7,008 nucleotides of DNA. Source: an archaeon. GTDB taxonomy: Archaea; Asgardarchaeota; Thorarchaeia; Thorarchaeales; Thorarchaeaceae. Every line of letters starts with the position of its first letter. Positions within the stretch are counted from its first letter, which is position 1. Below the pieces are notes generated by a model. The model ran no database searches, was not told the DNA's origin, and was given only the letters and a program-made list of their open reading frames with translations. Shown here in pieces: positions 5,448-7,008 of this stretch. Position numbers and translations under genes: made by a program. The stretch lies in NCBI GenBank assembly GCA_024275415.1, contig JAJRZD010000083.1, forward strand, positions 1 to 7,008, given 5' to 3'.

Positions 5448-6338
5448 TTGACGGGTCGACTGCAGATTCAAGAGTTCATGGTAATCAAGGCTGGTGGGAT
5501 ACCCATCTATCACTATTCAGTAGGTAACAGGCGAAAGCTGGACGAGCTGCTATCGGGCTTTCTTTCGGCAATAACAAGCTTTGCATCCGAGTTTGGAGAA
5601 CGATACGTCCAAAGCCTTTCCTTCGAGGGCTCGGAGATCATGTATGAGCAAGGAGAAGATGGAATCCTCTTCATCGTACTTGTCGATAGTACTGCTCCTC
5701 GAAAAGTCCTCCGAATGGTATTGCGTGAACTCAGTCGCAAGTTCCAACTACAATATTCTAAGGAGATCCGTCTTGAGATCTCACTGAGTGACGCATTTGA
5801 TGGGTTCACCCAAGAAGTCGAAAGAGCGTTCTCCTATTATGAGAACATCCTGCGAGTGACCTCGAACTTGAGCCCCTTTATTGTCCCCAAGATAAAAAGA
5901 CGGACGCTTGACATTGCCATTCAGTCTAACAGTCTTCTTGATGATTTCCACAGGGACTTTGGAACCGCTGGCACTCGAATTCTTGAGGCAATTGACGGGA
6001 AAAGGCCAGTTATCAGACTTAGCAGCGAGTTGGGTCTGGAGTTAGAAGAAACGAACGAGATAATCGAGTATCTGGTGATATGGGGTGTCGTTTCAATATA
6101 CAGGCTTTGTCCAAAGCTGCAAGAGAATGATTCACGCTTTGATGCATACCTCGATATCATCGGACTTCCAACAAAGGACTATCAGCTACTGAACCGAGCG
6201 AAGGCGTTATGCAATGGCCGGCGTTCCATCGTGGAAATCAGTGAACGCTTGAATGTGACCAATGAGACCTTGTACGACCTGTTGCTCAAACTTGGTGATC
6301 AGGTCGAGTGGTTGTATGTCCCGATTGAGGAGCTATAA
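5448..6338 (+). CDS. Longin-domain protein with two C-terminal HTH repeats, NPRL2/Npr2-like architecture (296 aa)
   Basis: Residues ~6-130 have the longin pattern: 'FMVIKAGGIPIYHYS' beta-hairpin, 'DELLSGFLSAITSFASE' helix, three strands, two helices. Two repeats (~146-217 and ~221-288) share P-K...(D/N)G(K/R)R-x-h-x-x-h-S-x-x-L. TTG start with AGGAG RBS; alignment to the downstream paralog begins at residue 7, supporting this start. Confidence 0.8.
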   Translation: MTGRLQIQEFMVIKAGGIPIYHYSVGNRRKLDELLSGFLSAITSFASEFGERYVQSLSFEGSEIMYEQGEDGILFIVLVDSTAPRKVLRMVLRELSRKFQLQYSKEIRLEISLSDAFDGFTQEVERAFSYYENILRVTSNLSPFIVPKIKRRTLDIAIQSNSLLDDFHRDFGTAGTRILEAIDGKRPVIRLSSELGLELEETNEIIEYLVIWGVVSIYRLCPKLQENDSRFDAYLDIIGLPTKDYQLLNRAKALCNGRRSIVEISERLNVTNETLYDLLLKLGDQVEWLYVPIEEL

Positions 6339-6355
6339 GGCAATCTATCACATCT

Positions 6356-6411
6356 GCGAAGGTATAAGTGTCTTTGTTTGCATTGAGGAAAATCGAAAGT
6401 AATAGGTGGAG
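6356..6411 (+). promoter_or_regulatory. Putative promoter and RBS for the second longin gene
   Basis: GCGAAGG followed by TATAAG (6363-6368) in a 78-nt intergenic gap, and SD-like AGGTGGAG at 6404-6411 just upstream of GTG 6417. Confidence 0.45.
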
Positions 6412-6416
6412 CTGGT

Positions 6417-7008
6417 GTGGTAAAAGAGATCATCATCCTACGAGAAACCGGTATTCCCTTGTTCCATTATAGCGTAAGCGGGGAACGGAAGCTGGACGAC
6501 TTGGTGGCAGGGTTTCTATCAGCACTAGGTTCCTTTGTAGAGCAGATCAGCGCCCAACAGCTCAAGGTCATGTCATTTGAAACAAACAAGTTCGTGTGGG
6601 AGAAGAAAGGCGACCTTTTCTTCATTGCCCTCATTGCAAGAGATGATAGTGCAGAGATATACCGCGCTATCCTTCAAACCCTTTCGGATCAATTCGTGAG
6701 CAGGTTCTACGATATCCTGAGGAATGATTTGACCCACCCGCGTGAGTTCATGGAGTTCACTGATATTGTTGAGATGGTTCTGCAGAAGTTTGATGGCATC
6801 CCTGGACTCGCAAGAAGGTACAAGACCGGATTGCTTCCGTTACATACCCTTCGCTCTCTAAAGATGGCTCTTGCTGAAGTAGAGTCACGAGATGAGATCC
6901 TGCGAGGTGCACTGGTCACCTTTGATGGTCATATATTGACTTCTAATCTGCGAGCTTATGAAATCGAAGCGCTCCTCGACCATCTAGAACATTCTGATTT
7001 TCCTGAAG
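6417..7008 (+). CDS. Longin-domain protein followed by a probable Roadblock/LC7-type domain; 3'-truncated by the window edge; not in the supplied ORF track
   Basis: Hand translation from GTG 6417 is open for 197 codons to the window end: MVKEIIILRETGIPLFHYSVSGERKLDDLVAGFLSALGSFVEQISAQQLKVMSFETNKFVWEKKGDLFFIALIARDDSAEIYRAILQTLSDQFVSRFYDILRNDLTHPREFMEFTDIVEMVLQKFDGIPGLARRYKTGLLPLHTLRSLKMALAEVESRDEILRGALVTFDGHILTSNLRAYEIEALLDHLEHSDFPE. An in-frame upstream stop (TGA 6384-6386) makes this the first start. 'ILRGALVTFDGHILTSN' fits the Roadblock beta1-beta2 motif (h-x-h-h-x-x-D-G-x-h-h-x-S). Confidence 0.85.
   Translation, partial: MVKEIIILRETGIPLFHYSVSGERKLDDLVAGFLSALGSFVEQISAQQLKVMSFETNKFVWEKKGDLFFIALIARDDSAEIYRAILQTLSDQFVSRFYDILRNDLTHPREFMEFTDIVEMVLQKFDGIPGLARRYKTGLLPLHTLRSLKMALAEVESRDEILRGALVTFDGHILTSNLRAYEIEALLDHLEHSDFPE

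Noticed and set aside
4034-5527. ORFs 4034-4252, 4170-4388, 4454-4720, 4880-5173, 5333-5527 (+) and 4628-4993, 5229-5513 (-)
   Set aside because: Shadow frames of the MFS-HhH gene and its promoter region; Ser/Arg-rich and without domain signatures.
5513-6919. ORFs 5513-5809, 5550-5747, 5921-6160, 6707-6919 (-) and 5581-5787 (+)
   Set aside because: They overlap the two longin genes, which have much stronger motif support.
1-7008. CRISPR arrays, tRNA/rRNA genes, transposases, integrases and long repeats
   Set aside because: None recognised by eye. Intergenic gaps are short and show no repeat-spacer periodicity or cloverleaf; a tRNAscan/Infernal run would be needed to exclude small ncRNAs in 1606-1885.

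Overview
Archaeal window, most likely from an Asgard archaeon (Thorarchaeia-like). This is inferred from the co-occurrence of F420-dependent mtd, a TackOD1-type zinc-ribbon protein and three longin-type proteins; no database search was run. The left ~1.7 kb is a lower-GC two-gene cassette: a stand-alone papain-fold C39-like cysteine peptidase ending in a PIP-box-like motif, and an uncharacterised protein with two putative winged-helix domains. Next come a fusion of a uDENN/NPR2-type longin-like domain, a wHTH and six CxxC motifs (TackOD1-like), then mtd, then a convergent 12-TM MFS-fold protein fused to a helix-hairpin-helix domain. That gene is divergent from a tandem pair of paralogous longin genes. 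The first has an NPRL2/Npr2-like longin plus two HTH repeats. The second (GTG start at 6417, absent from the ORF track, truncated by the window edge) is a longin followed by a Roadblock-like start. The best candidates for an undescribed system are (i) the MFS-HhH / longin-HTH / longin-Roadblock locus, a possible proto-GATOR1/Ragulator-like nutrient-sensing module, and (ii) the peptidase plus wHTH cassette. All domain calls come from motif recognition by eye and need HMM or structure confirmation.
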